Source: Octopus sinensis
Taxonomy: Eukaryota
Assembly: GCF_006345805.1 (NCBI RefSeq)
Contig: NC_043001.1
Coordinates: 72,540,001 to 72,604,000, forward strand
Reading direction: 5' to 3'
Length of the DNA: 64,000 bases
Shown here: positions 52,610-64,000 of the stretch, in pieces
Numbering within the stretch: the stretch's first letter is position 1
Layout of the letters: each line of letters opens with the position of its first letter
Notes under the pieces: generated by a model
Seen by the model: only the letters and a program-made list of their open reading frames with translations
Databases searched by the model: none
What the model was told of the DNA's origin: nothing
Program-made: the position numbers and the translations under genes

Positions 52610-53458
52610 GTGGCAGACGAGATTGAGAATTTTTATGCAACCCTTCGTTCAACCATTGAGCAAGTACCTCTCCATAATTTTCTGGTTATAGCTGGTGATC
52701 TGAATGCTAGACTAGGACCCGATGAGACCAAGTTTACTTTCAACTCTAAAACCAATCGGAACGGAGAAATGCTCAAAGACTTCTTGGAGGAATTTAATCT
52801 CTACACCTCCAACAATTCTTTTATGAAACCAAAAGGTCAACTTTGGACATTTGAGTCCCCACTTGGTGATAGGGCACAAATTGACTACCTCATCTTTCGA
52901 AAGAAATGGCGCAATAGTGTTAGAGACTCGAGATCCTACTCTTCCTTTAGTTCTGTCGGCTCTGATCACAGAATTGTATCAGCTACCGTTAAGCTTAGTC
53001 TTCGCTCATCCAAAAAAGCTAAGCCTCACCCGATGAAAATGATCGACTGGGAGGAAGTCTTATCTAACCCCGATATGTCCAAACAATTTACTATTGAGGT
53101 CTATAACACATTTCAATCTCTGTCTACTTCTGAAATAGATGCTGAGAACATTGAAGAAGTATACAGCAGCCTCATCAAATCAACAGAGGAAGTTGCACTG
53201 GCTACTCTTCCCAAAAGGAAGAGTAGGGGCCAGAGCAAACCTTCTAATTCCCCAAATGTCACCGAAGCAAGAAACCATCTAAAGTCTATATCACTAGCTT
53301 ACCACCGTTCTCCATCCCAGTCATACTTGAACGCCGAGGTCGACTTTATCAATGGCAAAATTAGTAAACTATCCAAAGAGCACATTAGTAAAAAAACACC
53401 ATCTCGCCTGGAAATCCATCAAAGACCTATCAGGCAAAAATTCTGGGTCATCAATTAG
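52610..53458 (+). CDS. LINE APE endonuclease C-terminal half and linker (truncated, frameshifted)
   Basis: ORF track 282 aa with GDLNA, IDY and SDH catalytic motifs. Confidence 0.8.
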   Translation: MADEIENFYATLRSTIEQVPLHNFLVIAGDLNARLGPDETKFTFNSKTNRNGEMLKDFLEEFNLYTSNNSFMKPKGQLWTFESPLGDRAQIDYLIFRKKWRNSVRDSRSYSSFSSVGSDHRIVSATVKLSLRSSKKAKPHPMKMIDWEEVLSNPDMSKQFTIEVYNTFQSLSTSEIDAENIEEVYSSLIKSTEEVALATLPKRKSRGQSKPSNSPNVTEARNHLKSISLAYHRSPSQSYLNAEVDFINGKISKLSKEHISKKTPSRLEIHQRPIRQKFWVIN

Positions 53459-53713
53459 AATTAAAGGGGGATCAGCTAAGAAGTGTTTAGAAAATTGGTC
53501 AACCCATTTTAAAAACCTCCTTGGGAAGAATGCCAAAATCCCTGATAATCCCACTCTTCCAAGTGTGCCTATATCAGACACGCTGGACATCAACACCTCC
53601 CTTTTACCATATTTGAACTAACAGCAGCCACCAAGCAACTAAAAGCCTCGAAAGCATTTGGTCCCGACAATATCCCGGCTGTAATTTGGAAGGATGATAG
53701 ATTTCACACACTT

Positions 53714-55108
53714 TTGCTCAACCTCTGCAACCACACACTTTCCACCTTTGTCGCTCCAAAGATTTGGCACCAATCTCAAATCATTCCAATACCCAAAAAA
53801 GGCGATTTATCCCTCGTCACCAACTACAGGGGTATATCTCTAATGTCAATTGCTGCAAAACTGTACAACAAACTGATCCTAAATCGTCTTGTCCTTTTTG
53901 TTGAACCTTTGCTCCGAAAGAACCAAAATGGATTCAGACATGGACGCTCAACGCTGAGCCAGATACTATGCCTACGCAGACTTATTGAAGAATCAAAAGC
54001 ATTTAATCGCGATCTTGCAATGGCATTTGTAGACTTTTCTAAAGCGTTCGATTCTGTAGATAGGTACGAGATGTTTGAAATCCTTAAGCTCTATGGGATA
54101 CCAGACAAAATCAATTCTGCCATCAAGGTTCTCTACACAGATACGTCTTCAACCATCTTAACCCCTGACGGAGAAACATCATCTTTCTCAATCGGAGCCG
54201 GAATACTGCAGGGAGACACACTCGCCCCATTTCTTTTCATCATTGTTGTTGATTATGTGCTACGTATGTCAGTTGATACCATCTCTGGAAAGGGCTTTGA
54301 AATAAAACCAAGAAGAAGTTCCAGACACCCAGCTGAGTACTTGACAGACACTGATTTTGCTGACGACATCGCTCTTATCAGTGATTCTCTCTCCAATGCC
54401 CAGTCTCTTTTACAATCTCTTGAACAAGCTTCAAATTGTGTAGGTCTTTACCTCAATGAGGCCAAAACTGAATACATAAACAAGTGCCTGTCCAACAGTG
54501 ATTGCATCATCCATACTATCAACAATGCGCCTTTAAATATGGTTTCTGATTATAAATATCTTGGGTCATACATATCATCATCTGGAAAAGACTTTCTAAC
54601 TAGAAAGGGTATGGCCTGGTCAGCCTGTAATGACATGCATAAGATCTGGTCATCAAATCAAAGTAGAGACTTCAAACTTGAAATCTTCAAAGCCACAGTC
54701 GAACCAATTCTACTATATGGCTCAGAAACCTGGACGTTATCAAAGAAGCTTGAGAGGCGGTTGGATGGAACCTACACTCGCCTCCTTATGAGAGCTCAAA
54801 ATCTCTCGTGGAAGCGCCATCCAACCAAAATGCAAATATATAGGAAACTACCACCTGTGTCATCTCTTGTGAAAGGTAGGAGAGTCCAGTTTGCTGGACA
54901 TTGTTGTAGAGCTGAAAAAGAAGTAATTTCTACTCTTCTCCTCTGGAAGCCATCTACTCGCAATACCAGAGGGCGCACACTCTGCTACCCTGATGTAATC
55001 TCCAGGGATACAGGCATCCAGCAACAGGACCTCCGTAATGCCATGATGGACCGTGAAGTCTGGCGTAGCATGGTAAATTCCATTGTCTCGACCACGGTCG
55101 AACAATGA
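53714..55108 (+). CDS. LINE reverse transcriptase domain, open for 464 codons
   Basis: RT motifs present including FADD; part of the frameshifted RTE ORF, not a stand-alone gene. Confidence 0.88.
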   Translation: MLNLCNHTLSTFVAPKIWHQSQIIPIPKKGDLSLVTNYRGISLMSIAAKLYNKLILNRLVLFVEPLLRKNQNGFRHGRSTLSQILCLRRLIEESKAFNRDLAMAFVDFSKAFDSVDRYEMFEILKLYGIPDKINSAIKVLYTDTSSTILTPDGETSSFSIGAGILQGDTLAPFLFIIVVDYVLRMSVDTISGKGFEIKPRRSSRHPAEYLTDTDFADDIALISDSLSNAQSLLQSLEQASNCVGLYLNEAKTEYINKCLSNSDCIIHTINNAPLNMVSDYKYLGSYISSSGKDFLTRKGMAWSACNDMHKIWSSNQSRDFKLEIFKATVEPILLYGSETWTLSKKLERRLDGTYTRLLMRAQNLSWKRHPTKMQIYRKLPPVSSLVKGRRVQFAGHCCRAEKEVISTLLLWKPSTRNTRGRTLCYPDVISRDTGIQQQDLRNAMMDREVWRSMVNSIVSTTVEQ

Positions 55109-55559
55109 TGATGAATGATGAAATATTTTCTGTAACCTTCTCAACTCTTGTGAGTGGATTGTGAGAAAGATCTGTAAAATACACGTCTTTTCAGAATATC
55201 TTCAGCATCACTGATTAATGTAGATCCAATTTTTGGAACGCACTAGAGAAATAGTTGATTAGCGAAAACCAAATTTCTACTTTAACAAACTATTTTGGCG
55301 AGCGGTGAACAAACAGAATCGTAAGCAGTAGGCGAGGACCACTACTGTTCATGTTATCTATACCAATGCATGCGTCTCAAACTATAAACCAGTATTGCAG
55401 TCACGCTCTATTCTTGTATGATTTTATTACCTTTCAGTGTGGAAGTAATGACATCTTTGAAATTCATCTAGAAAAGTAAAAGTAATTTTTTACTGAGTGA
55501 TGCGTTGGTACATGAATATGAAAGAAAGTTATATGAATACCACAAGACACCGGTAAACG

Positions 55560-56200
55560 GAATTTAAAGATTCAATCATTCATATAGGATGGTCACTCAT
55601 CTGGTCTAACAGCTAGGTTCTTCCCGATCATAAAACCAATACCGTTCTTCTATTTCTCATCTGTCAGTTTGCCAACCCAAAAGAATCTATTGCCACGTTC
55701 TATCTTACTTAGCTGGTTTCCTTGATAATCATGATTCAGAAAGGGCAGCAATATCGATCTCATATCGATTAAGTTCTTCAGCAACGAGTACGGCCTTCTG
55801 GTCATATGGCTTTACGTGAGTTAATGGAGCTCACACATTCCAACAACCCATCTGTGCAGCTATCGTATGTGTTTACGTTTACACATTTGTTCTTTCCGCT
55901 GAAATTAAACAAACACCAGTTTCAGCAGGCAAGCTTGTAGAGTGGGTGAGCAGTGCACTCTTTAGATAAGGCTGCTCAGACATTAAGATTCTATCCAATT
56001 CTAACAAGATCGAAGACAATAATTTTAAGATACAAGTGTAGGGTTACGGGAACAACTCCAAAGTTCTGAAGATTTGTTATATAGAACACACAAGAGATAG
56101 ACTCGCTATCATTTCCATCTGAGAGATTCTGTTGGTAAGGAACCAAAACTTGGCATGCACCAAGGAATAAAATAATAGAACGGCAATATATTGTCAACTG
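55560..56200 (-). mobile_element. RTE-like LINE 5' relic (endonuclease N-terminus)
   Basis: QMGCWNV...AVLVAEELNRYEIDIAALSE. Confidence 0.7.
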
Positions 56201-57074
56201 CCAAATATCTAATTAAATGCCTTATAAAAATAGAACAACCACCGAAAAAAAAAATTTTTCAATGTAAGATGCTATTTAACGATTGCATTGTTTTTCTGAA
56301 AGCTAATCTGTTTATTTCCTTACCCCCACCCCACAAAAAAAATGAGGGATGTGACTATAGCCTGTGTTGAAGATTGGAATCATCTTATTAAGTTTCTATG
56401 GAAGATCAGCTGTTTAAGAGGTTGTAATCAGTTTAAGATCGTCGTTAATGGATAACTGACTACATAAACACACAAGAACATTGAAATAGCTGTAATAAAG
56501 CGCCTAAACAATAACAGGATATAGCGAATGCAATGCTATTCCAGCATGATCGTACATACACGCACGCGCATGCACGCACTCACGTACACATACGTGTATA
56601 GTGTGTGTACTATGTAAAATGTTTCTATATCCTGGGTTTCGGCAGTAGGTGCCTGGTCTGCTTTTTAAAACGGTGGTGCCCCAGCACGACCGCAGCTTTA
56701 AAGCTGAAATAATTTAAAGAATTCAAGAAAAAACTACGTTACAACTCTTACATTACAATATACTTATATGTATTGTAGGTATCTATATAAGCACATATAC
56801 TACAAACACACAAATGCGCATACACATGCATATCTATATATGTGTATATGTGTGTGTGTGTGTGTGTACGGATGGATGTATATGTACATATCTATATACA
56901 TACATACGGTGAATTCTATCAGCATTTTCTCTATTTCAGAAATGTTACGTATAAAAGTTAAGCATATCTGGTGATTTGACATTAATTTGCATTATATAAC
57001 TAATAATAGTCTTACGTTAATGAGACATACGTAAGATGGTGTAACTAGACTATCTTATAAACAATCTCTCATAT

Positions 57075-58520
57075 TTATGTGTGTGTGTGTGAGTGTGTGC
57101 ATGTGTACATATTCTCTTTTTCTAGTTTTATCCCATTGCTGCGGTCCTGCTGGAGTACCGTTATTACTGTAGGTACTCTTTCTTCAGCTCTTCTGTCCTT
57201 GACTTTTGGAGAATCAGGGAGTTTGAAACTCCTGTCCTCATTTGCGTTTTTGTTTTTGATATAATGTAGATTTATCTGGGTTCTCACTTAGTAGAAGCTG
57301 TAAGTGTGTCTTGAATCTATTTACATATTTTCCATATAGTTCATTGAAGTGTTTTTGCTGTTTTGTTTTGTTTTTTTTAGTTGGGGCAAGATATTGGAAA
57401 ACTGTGAGTACTGGATTTTTAAGTTGTTGCAGTATTATGTCTTAATTTTTGATGGGGGGGATGGGACCAAACATATTCTACTATAATTGCTTATGCGATG
57501 TGATTTTTGATACCAAGGTTTTGATGCTAGCTCTTTCAGGATCCTCCTTGTTCTGAATGATATCAGAATCCCTCCGGCTAGTCTTCGAGAGGCTCAAACG
57601 CTTCACTGAGGTAGTAACGTTGGATTGCTTCCCGTTACGTCATTAGTTTCATTCTATTTGTCGATTGCAATTGTGAGCAATAGAAAAGTCGGCTGAGAGT
57701 AAAAGTTTTCCACAGAGACCATGGTCTCTTGTTCTGAATGATCTCAGAATCCATCTCGCTAGTCTTCGACACCTCCTTGCCATTTTTAGTAATATGTGCA
57801 TGAAATAATTCATCAATACTTATCTTAATCCTCTCCAAGTTATGCACTGACTGTTAATCTAAGACCACCATGCCTTCTAGTCCTGCTTATTTCGACAGCG
57901 GTGTGTCCTCAGGTGTTAGCGATGTGAATGTAATTTCCAGTATTACATGTATGTTGCTTTATTCTTCAGCCCACTTGTATATTTCATTTAGATCAGTGTT
58001 TCTCAACCATTTTTTAGCTATGGACCTCTTCGATTCCTATTTTACTTGTGTGGACCCCCATAGCCATTCACGGTTTTAAAAATCCTATTGTATTTTTATA
58101 ATTAAATATTATTAGGACTTGTACAAAACTTGTGAAAATATTTTGTGCATTGGGGACGTATAAACAATTTATTGCACATTAATTTTACTGGTCTGAAGCA
58201 TAGTTTTTTCATGGTCCCTGAAAAATTACCATGACCTCCAATTTACTTTAATGCATCCAAAATCTTATATGGACCCCGGTTGAGGACCCTGAATTAGATG
58301 ATGCAGCATGTTTGTAACATTATCAGGATTTTTGATTGCTTATGATACTTCCATACCATCAGTATAGCAGCTAGTGAGAGTGACTGTCAGTATGACTGAA
58401 GGTATGCCGGAGAAAACCCATTACGAAAAGCAATGCCTGAAGAACGATTCTGCTCTAAATTAATATTTCCTTTCAGATAGCACCGTGGGCTACAACTGCT
58501 TGATTCTTACATTCTATAAA
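57075..58520 (-). mobile_element. Decayed RTE-like LINE endonuclease region, interrupted by a hAT MITE
   Basis: FSGIPSVILTV..SCY and DHSEQ-like motifs; a short internal duplication at 57548-57590 / 57728-57770. Confidence 0.5.
57994..58291. mobile_element. hAT-type MITE with 8-bp TSD
   Basis: TIRs CAGTGTTTCTCAACC / GGTTGAGGACCCTG; flanks atttagat / aattagat. Confidence 0.85.
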
Positions 58521-58612
58521 GCGCAGAGCTGTGTGATATCTCTACCAAGATTTCTCTTTCCTCTCAGAACGAAAGATCATATATATATATATATTATATA
58601 TATATATATATA

Positions 58613-58649
<37 letters not shown>

Positions 58650-59059
58650 ATTAATTAATAATATTTGGAAAATCGCTCGAAGAAATTGCCGGCATTTTTT
58701 TTGCTGCCGACAAAAACTGCACTTGCACGATGGATTTTAAAAATTAAAATGTATAAGCAAGATGCACATGCTGGATTCACTTCGTACTTATATGTTTAAT
58801 CTTGGCGTACCTGTTGACGAAGGCATCGCCTAGCAAAATATTTTATTTCCTAAAAGAATCTGAAAAAATGGTCCAGTAAATAGATGGTAAATGTTTTAAT
58901 TTTTCATTCCCTTCGGGATTTTATCCCCAAATTAGTAGTTTGAACGTTAGCTGTTTCTTGTAGCGTAAGGGAGTCCTATGATGGACACCTTTTAATGTGT
59001 TTAAATGTACATTGTATTTTATACACACACACACACACACACACACCACACACACACAC

Positions 59060-59134
<75 letters not shown>

Positions 59135-59223
59135 GTACATACAAATTTTTCGATCAAAACTACTGCGAGTTAACATGAGATCCCTTGACGACAATGTAAC
59201 TTTCATTTGACTAAGATATCTTT

Positions 59224-59305
59224 GGCCTGATGAGTAGCTACCGGAGTACCCCTTATTGAATAAGTATTGCTTCCGAGGTTCTACTAGCTAGGAAACATAT
59301 GTACC
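59224..59305 (+). ncRNA. Hammerhead-like motif with long stem II and weak stem I
   Basis: CTGATGA g tagcta ccggag..cttatt g aataag..cttccg..tagcta g GAAA catat GTA; stem III palindrome ACATATGT. Confidence 0.6.
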
Positions 59306-59733
59306 TTCGATTTTACCTACTCCATTCCCTAAATTTGGAGTTTTATTCGCATACACTGCAAACCCAGTTGGTAATCGTGAGCTTTAAATAACTTTTTTAG
59401 CTTATCGAACTTCGATATGGGAAAAATTTTCAACCTTATATGTCAATAAATCATTATTGTTCCTGGACGTTGTTTTTTATACCTTCTCCGGACTACTTTA
59501 AGCTTACTAACCTTCTTCACCAGGATCCTTGGATCTCACTTTTACATATACATACATACATACACACACATATATATACATATATGTATATATACATATA
59601 TGTATATACATACATACACACACACATATATACATATATGTATATATACATATATGTATATACATACATACACACACACATATATATATATATACATACA
59701 TATACATTTATATATATATATGCATATATGTAT

Positions 59734-59947
<214 letters not shown>

Positions 59948-60248
59948 ATTTACATAAGAGAAATCTATATGATTATATTTTCTATCTAAAGTGTTTTATT
60001 GTTTTCGAGTGATGCCAGATGTTTGCTTTTTCATTTTATACTTTAATATATATCTACCAGCTCAAGGAGTAACAACTTCTAGCCGCCCTCGATAAGCAGT
60101 CTCAACACCATGCTTTTCAGTTGCAGTCCTAGCCGGAGTTTTAGTGGTAAACCAAACTCATAGTACATAACTATTACATTACGCCAGCTGACGAAAATTC
60201 CTTGTATATTATATACATATCCAGACACACCAAAGCATGTGGTATTTC

Positions 60249-60281
<33 letters not shown>

Positions 60282-60319
60282 TGTATGTATGTATGTATGT
60301 ATGTATGTATGTATGATAC

Positions 60320-60406
<87 letters not shown>

Positions 60407-60467
60407 TATATACATACATATTATACATACATACATACATACATACATACATGCATACATACATACA

Positions 60468-62298
60468 TAAATGTCTTGCAAACAACTTGCATATGCAAGT
60501 GCTACCAGTCGAGAATTCCCATACCGGGGCCTACCTCTCGACGGCATCAATACACACCGCCACCCTCCTTACTGATATGATGGCCCGCTTGCTAGATCAA
60601 CTGGGTATTAACTATAGCTCAATATTTCTCTAGCCATCGCTCATCATCTCTTTTTAACCAAATCCAGTGGCTAGCCTTCTCCACTGTAGTTTGGATATTG
60701 TTCATGGTGGTATTTACCTTACCATGAGTTAGGCATAACGATAACAACAGTCGTTTCACACTGTGTCCAACAAACCATCTACATCCGACTTCGATTAGAA
60801 AATACTTTGCTTTCTAGCCTGCGTCTTCATATTCCTCGAGGAGGTTTAATAACTGTCAATATTTCGAGCCCGAGCGGCGTCCATGTTATCTTCATGAGGA
60901 ACCGTTAACTCGACTAGATTTACAACTTTCTTCCCTTCACACCACATTAAAATGTCCGTTTTTGTTTTTCGTAACTGGGATGGGAAAGAGTCCCTGGCAC
61001 CCTGGTAAATCTGCAGTCACCTCCCAATAGCCGTTCCATTTTTCATCTCTCACAGGAAGTTTCTTGTTCTCTTGAAACAGATCCGCTGACGTGAGCGTAG
61101 GATGGTAATGAAATCTCTAGTTGGTATTTTCAACGGTTTTTTCTCACTGTTGTTGAGATCAATTTGGTTCTTTATAGCATTGAAGATAACCTTAAGGACC
61201 AGATTGTGTCTCCATGTATACCTGTTCAATGCTAATGAACAGTTGGGAAAGAATATGTTTCAGTCTTCCGACCTTTCCGCATTTGCATATATCATTCCAT
61301 GAGACGTTCCATCCTACAGATTTGCAGGTGATGGCAAAACATCATAGGATGAACGAATCAGAAAACTTAGCCGAGATGTGGTCCACTTTCATATCTCATC
61401 CCAACTTATTTTCCTGTCATGTTCTTCCCATCTCGTCACCTGTCCTTGTTGAATACATTGGATCAAATGAAGCTCTCTTCTCTCTTCTTCTCTCGTCTTG
61501 ACGCTGTTGCTAACAACAGATCTGCGTTCTCTCCGCATCATACTCGCAAACGGTCTGAACTGATCTGCACCAAAACCAAGTCTATTTCCGATGGTTTTGC
61601 GTTGCATCTACCATATCTCTTTGTGTAAGAGAAGACAAGCTGTCATCAGTCTCTGCTTCTGCTTTCCACTTTCTGGTTGTTTTCATCTCTGGTGGGTTAC
61701 GCCTGATTTCCATGTCCTTCGATTCTCTCAGCATCATCACCGTCCGTATCTTCACCAGTTTATATATTTCGACTATTGACGCAAGTGGTAACTGCAACGA
61801 ACTTCTCTTACAATAAAGAGCTGAACTGTTCAACATCCGAGGTAGGCCTAGCCACTTTCTAATGAACAAATTACATTTTTGTTCAACGATCTGAACTCGT
61901 GACAAGGCTACATCGTATATTAAAAGTGGCCGCGAAAGTTGCGGGTACAAGCCGAACTGAAAGCACCAAATTTTATAGTTACCTGGTAACTTCAAGTTAT
62001 CAATCGCTGATAATCCAGTCTCGGCTTGTTTCATAATTTCCATCCCACGACTTCTGTCTGACAGTGTTCCAGCGTATACTCGCTCCAAGCTCATGACGAT
62101 TCTTCTTTGACTGTTGGAATGCTTTCTTCAGCTATTCGAAACTTAAATTCTTTCTGCACTCCCTTAACAAATGTCAGACTACGCGATTTTTTGCTCTAAG
62201 CCGCATCCTTGACCACCTCACAAGTTCGTCTAGTCTCAAGAGGGCATTCTGCATGATTTGCTTCTCTGTAGCTAGAAGTGGCACGTCATCCATGAACA
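60468..62298 (-). mobile_element. Hero-like RLE LINE, 5'-truncated (RT end, zinc knuckle, restriction-like endonuclease)
   Basis: FMDD, KSRSL, LPGNYKIWCFQFGL, RKWLGLP, RKWKAE, CKCGKVGRLKHILSNC..RYTWRHNLVL, TDILMW..LVELTVPHEDN, IEVGCR. Confidence 0.88.
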
Positions 62299-62302
62299 TA
62301 TA

Positions 62303-62338
<36 letters not shown>

Positions 62339-62667
62339 AATTACTAAGCAGATATATAGTTACTAAATGTCACTTTAACCTCCTATACCAGTTGCCGTTG
62401 AACCAATGTCTAATTTACTTTTGAGTTCGTTATATTGAAACTGTTTAATCCAAGTTGAGCTAAAAATACAAAAATAAACGCAAAACAATGAAACAAAAAT
62501 ATACTAATCAACATTAAACAAAAATAAACAAATATAATACAGTTAAAGTCTTCCTGAAATAAATAGAAATATCTAACTTTCGATCTACACACACAAACAC
62601 GCGCACACATACACACATGGATGCATACATCCATATATACATACATATATAAGTACGTACATATAAA

Positions 62668-62706
<39 letters not shown>

Positions 62707-62720
62707 TATAATATATATAT

Positions 62721-62779
<59 letters not shown>

Positions 62780-62884
62780 GTATATATACATATATCTGCC
62801 TATATATGAATCTATCTATCTATATACATATATATGTATATATATGTATCTCTCTCTATCTCTATCTCTCTCCCTCCCTCTCTC

Positions 62885-62957
<73 letters not shown>

Positions 62958-63364
62958 ATATAGAGAACTGCTTTAAATTTGTTCTTCCGTGGATAAAGAA
63001 TAAAGGATATTTAATGAAATTGCTTCAAGCTGTGAAATACGGCCTAATGGTTAAAATATTCTGGAATGGTTAAATATTTTGGAATCATGTTCTTATAACT
63101 ATAGAAAGGAGTTGATGCAGAATAAACGATGGGATATAGTTAAGTTAGATTAGTGAATAGATTTGGTTTTGTTTCCAAGGAATATGACAGCGAAGTTGTT
63201 TCTGTAGAGAAAAATAAAACAAAACAAACTGTAGAAACGGTGGGATTTCTACAATGCTTTAGTTAGATTGCGAAGCAATTAGATTATATAAATTCCATTA
63301 TGGTAAAAATGAGGGGTGAGACGAGGGGTTGAACGGGTACAAAGAGCTAGGGAAAAAATCTCCA

Positions 63365-63649
63365 AAACTGGTGGTGGTTGTGGCGGTGGCGGTGACAGCA
63401 GTGATGGTGGCAGCAGTGGTAGCAGTGACAATGGTGGCGATAGTAGTGATGGTAGCGGTGGTGGTGGTGATGGTGGTGATGGAGGTGATAAGGGTAGTAG
63501 AAGAAGTAACAGGGAGAATGAGATGTTAAAGAAGAAAAGGAATAAGAAGGAAGAAAGTAAAGGAGGATGAAAAAGCAAAAGGAGAAAGAGAGTAAGAAGA
63601 CGAAGGAGGAAGAAAGAAGAGCTGAATAAAAAGAATGGGAATAATAATA

Positions 63650-63706
<57 letters not shown>

Positions 63707-63735
63707 TAATAATAATAATAATAATAATGATAATA
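63365..63735. repeat. (GGT/AGT)n, GA-rich and (AAT)n simple repeats
   Basis: Directly visible. Confidence 0.95.
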
Positions 63736-64000
63736 TGGACTAAAGTGGGGTAGAATAGCAGCATAATTCCATAATAGCGATACTTACATTTTTATCAGAA
63801 TTCTATTAGAATTCCATTAATATATCGGGAATATCATGATAATAGAATTATGTTACATGAAAATTCTATTATATCAGTGGAAAGCCATGAGATAATGTTA
63901 TTAACACAAAGGGTTTACTTTAGTAAGTTACAACGACCTAACTAGCGATGTGAGACATATTTCATTTAAAAAAAAAACACTCAGTTAAATACTGAAATAC

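Larger units (their letters stand above)
52597..55117 (+). mobile_element. RTE-type LINE, 5'-truncated, young (partial APE endonuclease + RT, two frameshifts)
   Basis: IAGDLNARLG, QIDYLI, GSDHRIV, KAFGPDNIP, NYRGISL, QNGFR, FVDFSKAFDS, GILQGDTLAP, FADD, YKYLG; (TGA)n tail. Candidate TSD atgaaatagtt (52586) / atgaaatattt (55118). Confidence 0.93.

Noticed and set aside
60185-60250. CTGACGA as a hammerhead core
   Set aside because: No downstream GAAA on the same strand before the microsatellite.

Overview
Eukaryotic, AT-rich, repeat-saturated window with no host protein-coding exon that I can support. The SINE families and the dense (TA)n/(TATG)n/(CA)n microsatellites suggest an octopus or other coleoid cephalopod (inference). 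Almost all tracked ORFs are microsatellite translations or transposon relics. Recognisable content: two long Penelope-like retroelements (PLEs; RT + GIY-YIG) plus further PLE 3' fragments; a young RTE-type LINE with an open RT frame; R4/Dong-, Hero-, RTE- and L1/Tx1-like LINE relics; Helitron pieces; mariner, pogo/Tigger, hAT and Chapaev3-like DNA elements; about 20 tRNA-derived SINE copies; and a 100-N gap. The main signal is non-coding. About a dozen type I hammerhead ribozyme motifs (nine loci, intact to degenerate, from unrelated families) sit in short ORF-less inserts between (TA)n tracts. Many of these inserts have a tail-arm-loop-arm fold-back shape. One (40.1-41.2 kb) has two tandem hammerheads 544 nt apart and looks like a retrozyme or mini-Penelope. 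A separate ~190 bp unique island (13331-13513) is a chain of short hairpins carrying two perfect CRE sites. Element boundaries are read by eye and approximate unless stated.
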